Origin: an uncultured bacterium
GTDB taxonomy: Bacteria > Cyanobacteriota > Vampirovibrionia > Gastranaerophilales > Gastranaerophilaceae
NCBI GenBank assembly: GCA_947073645.1
Contig: CAMTMK010000009.1
Location: 812 to 64,811, forward strand
Direction of reading: 5' to 3'
Length of the DNA: 64,000 nucleotides
Shown here: positions 38,904 through 48,523 of the stretch, piece after piece
Layout: the number at the start of each line of letters is the position of its first letter
Numbering within the stretch: position 1 is the first letter of the stretch
Program-made: the position numbers and the translations under genes
The notes under the pieces: model-generated
The model's input: only the letters and a program-made list of their open reading frames with translations
Databases searched by the model: none
What the model was told of the DNA's origin: nothing

Positions 38904-40489
38904 AAATGCACCTCAACTATTCCACGGACAGAGTTTACGCAGAATATTTTTTCTGCATTTAACAAGTCTGATTTGTAGAGAATTTTTTCGGTTACGTTTT
39001 CCATTTGGCGTTTATATATTCCGTCCAAAAGCCCGCAAGAAACAGGCGGAGTGTAGAGGTTTCCGTTGATTTGCAAAACAATATTGCTTCTTGCACCTTC
39101 CGTTAGTTCGCCTTTTTCGTTAAAAAATATTTCATCATAGAATTTGTCAAAGTTTTGACAGCTGTCATAAAACCATGGGCGATAAGTGGTTTTGTGGTAC
39201 ATAAATTCATTTTGACTATTTATTTTAATTGGTGAAATCCTTATTTTATTTGTTTTTGCAGGGGTGAGTGGTTTATATTCATATTCAAATTTATCTCTGA
39301 ACAGTATACGTAAAATCCCGTCTTTTTCTGGTTTTATGTCGGGTTTTTCAAATTTGAACCCGAAATGTTCCGCACTTTTTTTCATTCTTTCAAGGTGTTC
39401 TTGTTCAAATAAAAGTTTTCCGTTTTCGACCTTAATTGTTTCGACAAGTTGAAAGTTTTCGTTTAAAAATTTGGTTTTTGTGAGGGTTTCTTCCCATTCG
39501 TCCTGAATATCGGAATCCCAGACGATTGCACCGCCGACGCGGTATTTGAAGTTGTCGGATTGTTTTTGCAAAATTCTTATCGGGACGCTGAAAATTGTTT
39601 CATCAGGTGAAATCATTCCGATTGCTCCGCAGTATATTCCGCGCGAACCTTTTTCAACTTTGTCTATTATCCGCATTGTGCTGATTTTTGGCGCGCCTGT
39701 GATAGAACCGCAGGGGAAAATCGCTTTGAAAATATCATAAAGTTTTACATCATCCCTTAAGTCTGCTTCAATTTGGGAAGTCATCTGGTGAAGTGTTTTG
39801 TGGGTTTCGATTTCAAATAATTTAGAAACTTTTACTGAGCCTGTTTTTGCAATCCTGCCTAAATCATTTCTTAATAAATCTACAATCATAACATTTTCGG
39901 CGCGGTTTTTTTCGTCGTTTTGCAGAAATTTTATATCAGCTTCAATATTTTCGGTGCGTTTGACCGTTCCTTTCATAGGCTTTGTTGTAATATGTCTGTC
40001 TTTTAGAGTAAAAAACAGTTCGGGAGAGAATGAGAGCACGGTATCATAATCGTTTTTCAAATAAAAATTATATGGTGTTTTTTGTTTTTGGAGCAAATAT
40101 TCAAAAAGTTCAAAATCATCCCCGTTATAATCAATTTCAAAGTCGTAGGTATAATTTACTTCGTATGTGTTGCCGTTTGCAATTTCATCTTTAATTTTGC
40201 AGATAGCATCTGAATATTCGGTAAAATTTACTAGCGGTTTTGTAACAATTTTCGGTGAAAATGGCAAAATTTTACATTTGTGTTCTTTATAATCCTTGAA
40301 AACTTCGAAATACAAAAGCGGTAAATCAGAGATATTACAGTTAAAAGCTTCATAGCGAATGTAACCGACAAGAAAAAATTCGTTTTTTAACTGTTCGATT
40401 TGCTCAAAAGCTTTAACAAGTTCACAATCATTAAAAGCCTTAATTACCTTAATAGGATTTGTAAAAAGTTTTTCGCCAAATACTATCAT
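38900..40489 (-). CDS. pabB: Fused aminodeoxychorismate synthase component I and ADC lyase (PabB-PabC)
   Basis: SPELFF, KPMKGT, ENVMIVDLLRNDL, FPCGSITGAPK; C-terminal HKTT, ELTEGARSN, CGLLDG, NSVRG. Confidence 0.9.
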   Translation of the reverse strand: MIVFGEKLFTNPIKVIKAFNDCELVKAFEQIEQLKNEFFLVGYIRYEAFNCNISDLPLLYFEVFKDYKEHKCKILPFSPKIVTKPLVNFTEYSDAICKIKDEIANGNTYEVNYTYDFEIDYNGDDFELFEYLLQKQKTPYNFYLKNDYDTVLSFSPELFFTLKDRHITTKPMKGTVKRTENIEADIKFLQNDEKNRAENVMIVDLLRNDLGRIAKTGSVKVSKLFEIETHKTLHQMTSQIEADLRDDVKLYDIFKAIFPCGSITGAPKISTMRIIDKVEKGSRGIYCGAIGMISPDETIFSVPIRILQKQSDNFKYRVGGAIVWDSDIQDEWEETLTKTKFLNENFQLVETIKVENGKLLFEQEHLERMKKSAEHFGFKFEKPDIKPEKDGILRILFRDKFEYEYKPLTPAKTNKIRISPIKINSQNEFMYHKTTYRPWFYDSCQNFDKFYDEIFFNEKGELTEGARSNIVLQINGNLYTPPVSCGLLDGIYKRQMENVTEKILYKSDLLNAEKIFCVNSVRGIVEVHL

Positions 40490-40517
40490 ACAACTAATAA
40501 TAACATAGGAAAGAAAA

Positions 40518-40781
40518 ATGAAAAAATTTGCGGTTTTATTAATTTTATTATCAATGTGTGTAATGCCTGTATCTGCTAAAACTTGCAGAAACGGCAGAAT
40601 GACAATTTATCATAATGATAAATACGGCTATTATCCGAACAATCACGTTTATACAAATAATTCTTACCCTAACAACCATGTTTATAATAATGGTGATAAA
40701 CCTAAACCTGTTTATACATTTAAACCTGTTACCAACAAACCTGCAGTTTCGCAAAGACCTACAACAGGTGTTTATCGTTAA
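40518..40781 (+). CDS. Small exported hypothetical protein
   Basis: Signal peptide; YPNNHVY repeated twice. Confidence 0.65.
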   Translation: MKKFAVLLILLSMCVMPVSAKTCRNGRMTIYHNDKYGYYPNNHVYTNNSYPNNHVYNNGDKPKPVYTFKPVTNKPAVSQRPTTGVYR

Positions 40782-40850
40782 CGTAATATAGCTTAACAGG
40801 ACAGGCAATTTTTTTATGTGTATGGGTTTTAATATATTATAGGGGAAAAT

Positions 40851-41090
40851 ATGAAAAAACTGTTAATTCTTACAATTGCAATGATTGCAGGTATATTTGC
40901 GCCTGTATTTGCAGATACAATGAACTATACAATCAGACAAATTGATAATGAAATGGTTATTGTACCTTATGGTTCCCAACAGCCGATTATGCAAAAATCA
41001 ATTTATAAAATTGAAGTTCATCCGACAAAAATGCCTTTTTATTCTGGTAAAAAATTACCGCGCGGAAAGAACAAAATCTGTTTTGCTTAG
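40851..41090 (+). CDS. Small exported hypothetical protein
   Basis: MKKLLILTIAMIAGIFAPVFA signal; GGGG RBS. Confidence 0.6.
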   Translation: MKKLLILTIAMIAGIFAPVFADTMNYTIRQIDNEMVIVPYGSQQPIMQKSIYKIEVHPTKMPFYSGKKLPRGKNKICFA

Positions 41091-41410
41091 AGCCCCATAT
41101 ACATATTTTGCATGCCGTTTTGAATGCCTTGTTGAAGCATCATATTTGAGCTGTCGTAGTTTTTAGGGAATTGGCTGTATGTCATGGGAGTTTTGCCGTC
41201 ATTTGCCGGAGTAATATTTTCCATGTCATGAACGGATTTTTTCTTCATAAGCTCAGCTCTCGGGTCATTTTGAGAATTTAAACGCGGATACATCGGGCGT
41301 ACATTTGATTTATTGTAGTAGCCTGAAAATGTGTTTTGCGGTGTCATATTAATATCTTCAGCCATTGCGGGAAGGCTTATTAATGCAAGTAAAAGAACAA
41401 GTTTTCTCAT
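41087..41410 (-). CDS. Small exported hypothetical protein
   Basis: MRKLVLLLALISLPAMA signal; AGGAG RBS. Confidence 0.7.
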   Translation of the reverse strand: MRKLVLLLALISLPAMAEDINMTPQNTFSGYYNKSNVRPMYPRLNSQNDPRAELMKKKSVHDMENITPANDGKTPMTYSQFPKNYDSSNMMLQQGIQNGMQNMYMGL

Positions 41411-41467
41411 AATTTCTCCTTTTTTATTATCATAGCAGAAAACAACTTTTTCTGCTATAATGTTTTT

Positions 41468-43078
41468 ATGGATTTAGGTTTGGAAATTAAAGGTTCAAAA
41501 TTGGTTATTAAATGGCAGGACGTTAAGGCTGACTGCTATAGAGTATTTTTGAAAAATGACGGAAATTTTTGCGAATGTGCAAGGGTTACCGGTGAAAATC
41601 AGATAAAACTTTCGCTTGTTCCGTACGGTGACGGCGAGTGTTTTGTTGTTGCAGTGAAAGACGGGTTGATTATTGACAAATCTTCAATACGTCAGTTTAC
41701 TTTCGATACTATTGATGTTGTAAGCCGTTTTGAGGGTGAAAATGAAGTTAAATTTTTCTACAGTAAATACGACGGCGCACAAGGTTATAGATTGTATAAA
41801 AGCGAAACAGAGCAAGGGTTTTGCGGTTGTAAAAATTCTGATGCCGAGTTTATTTCTATAGAAAAATCTGAAAATACGGAATATAAGATTAAACCGTTTG
41901 TAAAAAGTGATGAAGGAAGAACTTTTCTTGTATCTTCAAATGCCTTCAAACCCGCTGAAAATGCCTTTAAATCGGTTACTGTATACAAATCTTTCAATTA
42001 TAACCTGTTTTTATCTTGGAATTATGTCGGATATGCTGACGGGTTCGAGGTTTACAGCGAGAATTCCAAAACTCCAATTTTTGAAACAAACGACGGTTTA
42101 AGACATTATTTAGAACTTTTTGACTATAAAGGTACAACAAAATTTATCGTAAAAGCGTTTGTTAATACGCCAAACGGCAGATTAACGATTGCACAGTCAA
42201 AACCTGCGGGGTTAAGTATCAGAAAATACGAAAAACCGCTGGTATCGTTGATTATTCCTGCATATAATGCAAAAGATTATATTGCTAGAAGCATTGACAG
42301 TGCACTGGCTTCGGACTTTGCAAACCTTGAAATTGTCATTGTTAACGACGGTAGTACAGATGATACTCAAAAAATTATTGACTGGTATGATAAAAATTTT
42401 GAAAATGTCATATCAATTCAAAAAGAAAACGGTGGTGTTGCAGATACCAGAAACGTTGGAATTGAAGCTTCAAAAGGCGATTATATCGCATTTATGGATA
42501 ATGATGATTTAATCCGTCCGAATATGATAAGTTCATTGTATGAAACAATTACTAAAAATGAATGCGATGTTGCAATTGCACCGCTTTATAGGATTACTGA
42601 TAAGGGCTACAGTGTGCATTGCGATTTGCCGTTTATGGAAGATGTCGCTCATAATATCGACAAGTATCTGGAAATTATGTACACTCCTGGATATTACAAC
42701 TGCGCGATTTGGAACAAACTCTATAAAGCTTCCATGGTTAAGGCGCATCCGTTGGGTAAACTTAAATATGAAGATGTTTCCTGGACACCTTGTATTTTGT
42801 CATATGCGGAAAAATTCTGTTTCTTAAATACTCCGTTTTATGAGTGGGACAGAAAAACACGTCCCGAAACTTTTGGTGATGTATTGGCGCGTCAGCCTGA
42901 ACATGAACTTTTTGAGCACAGAAAACAGGCAATGTTATTCTTTGTTCAAAACGGAAATCCGCAAAAACGCGAATTTATGAAAAGAATTGCAAAACGCAGG
43001 TTAGAACGTTATGCGAAAAATTCAGATAACTCTGCATACAGAGATTTAATGGAGAAGATTGATGTCGGAAAATATTAA
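41468..43078 (+). CDS. Glycosyltransferase family 2 with N-terminal FN3-like beta-repeats
   Basis: VSLIIPAYN, VNDGSTD, NGGVADTRN, FMDNDD, WNKLYK, YEDV. Confidence 0.88.
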   Translation: MDLGLEIKGSKLVIKWQDVKADCYRVFLKNDGNFCECARVTGENQIKLSLVPYGDGECFVVAVKDGLIIDKSSIRQFTFDTIDVVSRFEGENEVKFFYSKYDGAQGYRLYKSETEQGFCGCKNSDAEFISIEKSENTEYKIKPFVKSDEGRTFLVSSNAFKPAENAFKSVTVYKSFNYNLFLSWNYVGYADGFEVYSENSKTPIFETNDGLRHYLELFDYKGTTKFIVKAFVNTPNGRLTIAQSKPAGLSIRKYEKPLVSLIIPAYNAKDYIARSIDSALASDFANLEIVIVNDGSTDDTQKIIDWYDKNFENVISIQKENGGVADTRNVGIEASKGDYIAFMDNDDLIRPNMISSLYETITKNECDVAIAPLYRITDKGYSVHCDLPFMEDVAHNIDKYLEIMYTPGYYNCAIWNKLYKASMVKAHPLGKLKYEDVSWTPCILSYAEKFCFLNTPFYEWDRKTRPETFGDVLARQPEHELFEHRKQAMLFFVQNGNPQKREFMKRIAKRRLERYAKNSDNSAYRDLMEKIDVGKY

Positions 43079-43652
43079 TATCAGTAATTATATGTTTTAT
43101 ATGGCTTATTTGAACAGAAAACTGGAAGGTTTTTTTAATGATCAAACACCATATATTAAATGTAAAAAGGGTTGTGCAAAATGCTGTCAAAACGGCGAAT
43201 ACCCGTTTTCTAAAATAGAATTTGATTATTTAATGGTTGGTTTTTTACAGCTTCCAGTTGAAATTCAACAAAAAATTATGACGAAAGTTAAAAAGATTAA
43301 AGAAGCCAAATCTGAAACTTATGAATGTCCGTTTTTGTTTAACAATACTTGTTCGGTTTATGAGTTCCGCGGAATTGTCTGTAGAAGTTTCGGGCTTATG
43401 TCAATAAATAATGACGGCGGTTTTTCAAAGATTCCATTTTGTGCGTTTGAGGGTTTGAATTATTCAAATGTAATCGACCCTGATACAAAAATTGTTTCTC
43501 AGGAAAAATTTGATAAACTCGGTGTCAAGGAAGAACCGCTTGCATATAATGTAAGCTATTCATTCCTTACAAGTCCTGAAATTGAAAAGAATTTTGAGAT
43601 TGATTTTGGCGAGAAAAAACCGCTTATTAATTGGTTTGAATGTCCGCAATAA
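43059..43652 (+). CDS. YkgJ-family cysteine-cluster protein
   Basis: CKKGCAKCC, CPFL, CSVYEFRGIVCRSFG. Confidence 0.88.
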   Translation: MMSENINISNYMFYMAYLNRKLEGFFNDQTPYIKCKKGCAKCCQNGEYPFSKIEFDYLMVGFLQLPVEIQQKIMTKVKKIKEAKSETYECPFLFNNTCSVYEFRGIVCRSFGLMSINNDGGFSKIPFCAFEGLNYSNVIDPDTKIVSQEKFDKLGVKEEPLAYNVSYSFLTSPEIEKNFEIDFGEKKPLINWFECPQ

Positions 43653-45285
43653 TTTTGTCTCTCAAACCTTCATAATGATTTAAAACTCTTTCCAAATCTT
43701 TATCGAACAAGTTTTCTCCATGGTCGTTAATTTTGGTCAGGCATGGACCTTTTTTGGTTGCATTAATTTCTTTTGGTCTTGCAATATTTTTGTCTATTAC
43801 ATTAATTTTTACATTGTTCATAACAGCCATAAGCCAGAACCAAATATCATCATTGGTTGGAGCAAGCGTTGTGAAAAGTTCTTCATTAGTAATATCTTTA
43901 TAAAGTATGTTCGGCGGGTATAAAACACCTCCGCATCCTACAAGTTTGTTGCCAAATGACGGTTTTTTATACCATTTTACACCTTTAACTTTAAATTCGC
44001 CGTCTTTCTTAAGTGAGAATTTTGTTGCTCTGTGACAGTGGATAAGTTTCGGATTTTTCTCATAAGCTTTCCACAAAAGTTTTATTAAATTTTTGTCATA
44101 GATAAAGTCGTCGTCAACAGTTATAATAATATCGTTCGGATATTGTTTAAGTGTCGGAATTAATTTTTTATATGATTTTATGTTGCCTTTGTTCCAGTTT
44201 ATAATTAAACCTTGTTCTCTTAATTTTAAAAGGTTTTCCGGTAAATCTCCTTCTCTATTCGGGAATTCATCTTCTGACAATTGTAAAATAATTTTATCCG
44301 GTTTCATTGTTTGGTTAAGAAGCGATTCAATTGTGATATGTAATGTTGGAATTCTGAATGGAAAAGATGTCAGTGAAACTATCAATTCAGGTTTTGGAAG
44401 TTCAGGAAGTTTCAACATATCGCCCCAAACTCTGTTGTAGTTTGATGGAATAAACTTATCAACACCGCTTGCTGATGTGAATGTCATTTCGCCGAAATAA
44501 ATTTTTCCGTCAACATTATAAAAATCAACTCTGACTAAACTGAAATCTTTAGCTAAAATTTCTGCAAGTTCAAACATTTTATCAAGATTTTGGGGTGGTG
44601 CAACTTCTTCTTTAGAGTTTGGATAAGTTAACAAGAATGGTTGTAATTCCCATTTTGTATTATAGATATTTTCGGTTCTGTCAGTAAATCTTCCTTGGTC
44701 AATCCAAATATATTCCGGTTTGCCGTTGAAGCACATTATTTTGTAGTCATTTAACTCTTTGTTGCTGTCTTCAATGTAAGCTTCGGCAACAATTTTTGGA
44801 GGAATATCTTTGTAATGAAGTTCTACTCCGCCGTTTTGGGCGTAATTTCTTTTCATCCATTTATTGAATTTTTTGCGTGCATCTTCAATATCCATTTTGG
44901 ATTTGTCTTTGACAATGTAGTTGTATGCACAGCCATGGTTGCCCTTTAGTACAAATCTGTCAGGAAGTTTGTCAAAATCAATATCATCAAATTTATCCCA
45001 AACGCCAAGAAGCGGAATTAGGTATTCTTCACCGATTTTTTCTTTAATCCATTCTCTGACTAAATATTTATCAGCGAGTTTAGTTTTCAGAGGAGTGCTG
45101 TCGTAGAGTTTCAGCCATTGGATTTTTTCATTAAAAGTTTTCGGGTCATCTAAATTAAGAATTTCACCTGTTTTTTTAAAAAACCAAACTTTTAAATAAA
45201 TTTTAAGTTTATCTAACGGCATATCAAGTGGTAATCTGACTTTAATCCCCAGTAAAGTTGCCAACAAACCCAAATAAAATCTCAT
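43627..45285 (-). CDS. TupA-like ATP-grasp domain fused to a C-terminal glycosyltransferase-like domain
   Basis: NPKTF-type KTFNEKIQWLKL, LADKY, KGNHG, DYK, RVDFY, FGEMTF; then IVSLTSFPFRI, KSYKKL, TVDDD, GCGGVLYPP, DDIW; ATG 45285 after GGGAG. Confidence 0.85.
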   Translation of the reverse strand: MRFYLGLLATLLGIKVRLPLDMPLDKLKIYLKVWFFKKTGEILNLDDPKTFNEKIQWLKLYDSTPLKTKLADKYLVREWIKEKIGEEYLIPLLGVWDKFDDIDFDKLPDRFVLKGNHGCAYNYIVKDKSKMDIEDARKKFNKWMKRNYAQNGGVELHYKDIPPKIVAEAYIEDSNKELNDYKIMCFNGKPEYIWIDQGRFTDRTENIYNTKWELQPFLLTYPNSKEEVAPPQNLDKMFELAEILAKDFSLVRVDFYNVDGKIYFGEMTFTSASGVDKFIPSNYNRVWGDMLKLPELPKPELIVSLTSFPFRIPTLHITIESLLNQTMKPDKIILQLSEDEFPNREGDLPENLLKLREQGLIINWNKGNIKSYKKLIPTLKQYPNDIIITVDDDFIYDKNLIKLLWKAYEKNPKLIHCHRATKFSLKKDGEFKVKGVKWYKKPSFGNKLVGCGGVLYPPNILYKDITNEELFTTLAPTNDDIWFWLMAVMNNVKINVIDKNIARPKEINATKKGPCLTKINDHGENLFDKDLERVLNHYEGLRDKIIADIQTN

Positions 45286-45346
45286 ATTTTCTCCCTTTTT
45301 TAACATTTATAGGGTAACATTATTATATTACGTATGCAACCGTTTG

Positions 45347-45817
45347 TTAAGATTGTTGATTGATATCATTAATTATTTTTTCTTTTATACCTGTATAATA
45401 TTCGAGAATTCTTTCTAAATCCTTATAAAACAGATTTTCACCCTGGTCATTGATATAAGTCAGGCAAGGCCCTTTTTTACTTGATAATATTGCTTTTATT
45501 CCAGTTAATAGTCAATCCAAATTCTTTCAATTTTAAGAGATTTTCCGGCAAATCATTTTCTTTATTCGGAAATTCATCTTCAGATAATTGTAAAATTATC
45601 ATATTTGGTTTTTTTGTTTGGCATAATAAAGAACTGATTGTTATATGCAAAGTTGAAATTCTCGCTGGAAAAGATGTTAGAGATATTATTAAAATGGGGG
45701 GGGGGCAGATTCTATGCCTGTTTTTTTAATAATAGGCACTATTCGATATTCAAATCTAAATCCGCAAATATGAATTATTCTTTTATCATCCAATTTTTCT
45801 TTATAAAATAATCTCAT
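45347..45817 (-). pseudogene. Remnant paralog of the C-terminal domain of 43627-45285: C10 frameshift plus large internal deletion
   Basis: ATG 45817 overlaps the upstream stop; MRLFYKEK...ESAPPPF*; the shifted frame reads ILIISLTSFPARISTLH...WNKSNIIK*; a third frame reads KKGPCLTYINDQGENLF...NQQS*. Confidence 0.8.
45696..45705. repeat. G10 homopolymer (C10 on coding strand)
   Basis: Counted directly. Confidence 0.95.
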
Positions 45818-47565
45818 TTATTTTCCTTAATAGGTAATTCTAACATATCACCCAAAATTCTGTTGTAATCTGATGGGATAAATCTTTCGATACCACTTGC
45901 AGATGTGAATGTCATTTCACCAAAGTATATTTTCCCATCAACATTGTAAAAGTCGACTCGTACAAAAGGAAAACCTTCTGAAAGAATTCTTGCTAAGTTA
46001 ATCATTTTATCCAAATTTTCAGGTGGTAAGATTTCTTCTTTAGTATTTTCCCATAGTTGTAAAAACGGTTGTAATTCCCAATTAGTATTATATATATTTC
46101 TTCTGTGGTCGGTAAATCTTCCTTTATCAACCCAAATAAATTTTGGTGTACCTGAAAAGCACATAATTTTGTAATCATTTAATTCTTTATTTTTGTCTTC
46201 AATATATGTTTCTGCAGTGATTTTGGGTGGAATATCTTTATAATGAAGTTCTAAACCATGTTTATATGCAAAATTTTCCTTCATCCATTTATTGAATTTT
46301 TTGCGTGCATCTTTAATATCCATTTTGGATTTGTCTTTGACAATGTAGTTGTAAGCACAGCCGTGATTACCTTTTAGAACAAACTGCTGTGGGAGTTTAT
46401 CAAAATTTATATCATCAAATTTATCCCAAACGCCAAGAAGCGGAATTAGGTATTCTTCGCCAATTTTTTCTTTAATCCATTCTCTGACTAAATATTTATC
46501 AGCGAGTTTAGTTTTCAGAGGAGTGCTGTCGTAAAGTTTCAGCCATTGGATTTTTTCATTAAAAGTTTTCGGATTATCCAAATTTAAAACACAACCTGTT
46601 ATATTGAAAAACCATTTTTTCAAATATATATCATATTTTTCGGGGGGGGGGCAATTTTGTGTTCTTATTTTTATTTTAAAGCCAAATATTTTTATTATTA
46701 CATGTGTAATTTCTTTTTGGATATCAAAAAGGTTACCTATTCTATATTGTATTGGTAAAAATTTATCCATTTGTTCAATATAGTAAGTTTTCATAGTTTT
46801 ATCACATAATTTAAGTTCAAATTTAAAACATCTGCGGGCACATTTGTAAAACTCTTTATGCCATTGATTCATTTTATTATGTTTTTCCAATAATTCTTTT
46901 AAAGCAGAAAATGCTTCTAAAACACAGTATGTATACTTCCCTCTGGAACTTGATAAACTGCCGGAATGTGATACTCTGTAAGTTACAAGAATATCCGGTA
47001 TGCTTATAATTGAAGATGCAAGTATAGCTGAAGCATAATTAAAATAAACATCATTACAAATTCTTGTTTCCTGACATTTTATATTATTTTCTTTAATAAA
47101 ACTTGTTTTATATAATTTTGTAAATAATGGTACTGGATGTATTTTAAATATATTATTGAGTTTTTTTAATTTTTTTGAAGGTTTTTTTATTGTATTTGTA
47201 TTTTCATCATAATATTGGCATTTGCAAAGACAGATGTCTGAATCACCTATAGAATTTGTTAGTTTTTCCATAGCATTTAGTTCTATATAATCATCACTGT
47301 CTAAAAAGTATAAAAATTCACCGTTGGCTGATTCTATTCCTACATTTCGTGCTTTACCGGCACCTGAATTCTTTTGTGTAATTATTTTTATTCTATTATC
47401 TTTTTCTTGGAATTGTTCAAGAATTTTTAAAGAATTATCATTAGAGCCGTCGTTAACACAAATTATTTCAATATCAGTAAGTGTTTGATTGATTACGCTT
47501 TTAATACATTCTTCCAGATGTTTTTCTGCATTATAAACAGGTATAATTACTGAAACTTTAACCAT
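45814..47565 (-). CDS. GT2 glycosyltransferase fused to a TupA-like ATP-grasp domain through an in-frame C10 tract
   Basis: VSVIIPVYN, VNDGS, FLDSDD; CPPP linker; KTFNEKIQWLKL, RVDFY, FGEMTF. Confidence 0.9.
   Translation of the reverse strand: MVKVSVIIPVYNAEKHLEECIKSVINQTLTDIEIICVNDGSNDNSLKILEQFQEKDNRIKIITQKNSGAGKARNVGIESANGEFLYFLDSDDYIELNAMEKLTNSIGDSDICLCKCQYYDENTNTIKKPSKKLKKLNNIFKIHPVPLFTKLYKTSFIKENNIKCQETRICNDVYFNYASAILASSIISIPDILVTYRVSHSGSLSSSRGKYTYCVLEAFSALKELLEKHNKMNQWHKEFYKCARRCFKFELKLCDKTMKTYYIEQMDKFLPIQYRIGNLFDIQKEITHVIIKIFGFKIKIRTQNCPPPEKYDIYLKKWFFNITGCVLNLDNPKTFNEKIQWLKLYDSTPLKTKLADKYLVREWIKEKIGEEYLIPLLGVWDKFDDINFDKLPQQFVLKGNHGCAYNYIVKDKSKMDIKDARKKFNKWMKENFAYKHGLELHYKDIPPKITAETYIEDKNKELNDYKIMCFSGTPKFIWVDKGRFTDHRRNIYNTNWELQPFLQLWENTKEEILPPENLDKMINLARILSEGFPFVRVDFYNVDGKIYFGEMTFTSASGIERFIPSDYNRILGDMLELPIKENK
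46642..46651. repeat. G10 homopolymer (C10 on coding strand), in frame
   Basis: TGC CCC CCC CCC GAA on the minus strand. Confidence 0.95.
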
Positions 47566-47642
47566 TTGTCTCCATAAAAATTCTTAATTCCACTATTATA
47601 CATATAACATAAATATATATAGCAAAATTAATTTATGAAGTT

Positions 47643-48449
47643 TTATAAATAGCACTTTGCTTCTTCACCTGTCACGCCTGCGTATAGTTCTACATATTCT
47701 TTCGCAGGGCTTGATTCTATTTTGGTTAATAGAACTTCTTCTATCTGGAAAAAGCCGACTTCACCTGTCATTTCAATATCAATTCTGATTGGGCGTCTTT
47801 CACCGTGGTGAATTCCGATGCGTGTAATAGCATTTGCAGAATATTTGTGAATATCACCGACGCGCGGGGTTGTATTGATTGCCATTGGAATGCGAGCTCT
47901 GCCTTTTGTCATATCGCAGCCGTCTGCAATAAGGATTATACCTGCTTCTACAGAGTGAATTTTTCTTGATGACATGTGACCGATAATAGCTTCTATTGCA
48001 AGAGATTTGATGATTGTTCGGCGATGCAGATTGTCCGGCAGAATGTGCATTAAAGTTCTTTCAATAATAGGTTTTGCAAGAGTAACGGACATTTCTTCAT
48101 GTCCCTGACGGCCTATCATCATTCCAAGATCGTGCATTAGACCTGCAATTATTACGGCGCACATACTGTCTTCAAAAGTACCTATTTCTTCTTTTTCTAG
48201 TGAAGTTTTGATTCCGCTGTCTTGAAGAAGATTAAGCATTTTTATTGCATTGGCGCATACCTGACGCATATGTACAGGCCCATGATCGTTATAACCAAGT
48301 CGTTTGATTGAAACGTTATTGGCATAATCCTGCATTTCCTGTAATTCTTCATCATTAAAAAGGTAGTTTACCAATTCAAGACAAAGCGGACTGCTTTCAA
48401 GTCTTTTTGTTATTTTTGATTCTAGTGAAAGTTCTTTAACCGATTTCAT
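47643..48449 (-). CDS. HD-superfamily phosphohydrolase
   Basis: YNDHGPVH, LMHDLG, IGH, ADGCDMTKGRAR, DIHKYSA. Confidence 0.85.
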   Translation of the reverse strand: MKSVKELSLESKITKRLESSPLCLELVNYLFNDEELQEMQDYANNVSIKRLGYNDHGPVHMRQVCANAIKMLNLLQDSGIKTSLEKEEIGTFEDSMCAVIIAGLMHDLGMMIGRQGHEEMSVTLAKPIIERTLMHILPDNLHRRTIIKSLAIEAIIGHMSSRKIHSVEAGIILIADGCDMTKGRARIPMAINTTPRVGDIHKYSANAITRIGIHHGERRPIRIDIEMTGEVGFFQIEEVLLTKIESSPAKEYVELYAGVTGEEAKCYL

Positions 48450-48523
48450 AATTTTTTAAACCTCTTAATAATATTATTGCCCGATAAATTGATTTTGTAA
48501 ACTGTTTATGATTAAATTATCGT

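Noticed and set aside
38349-40489. PabB-PabC fusion as a novelty
   Set aside because: This fusion is known in several bacterial groups.
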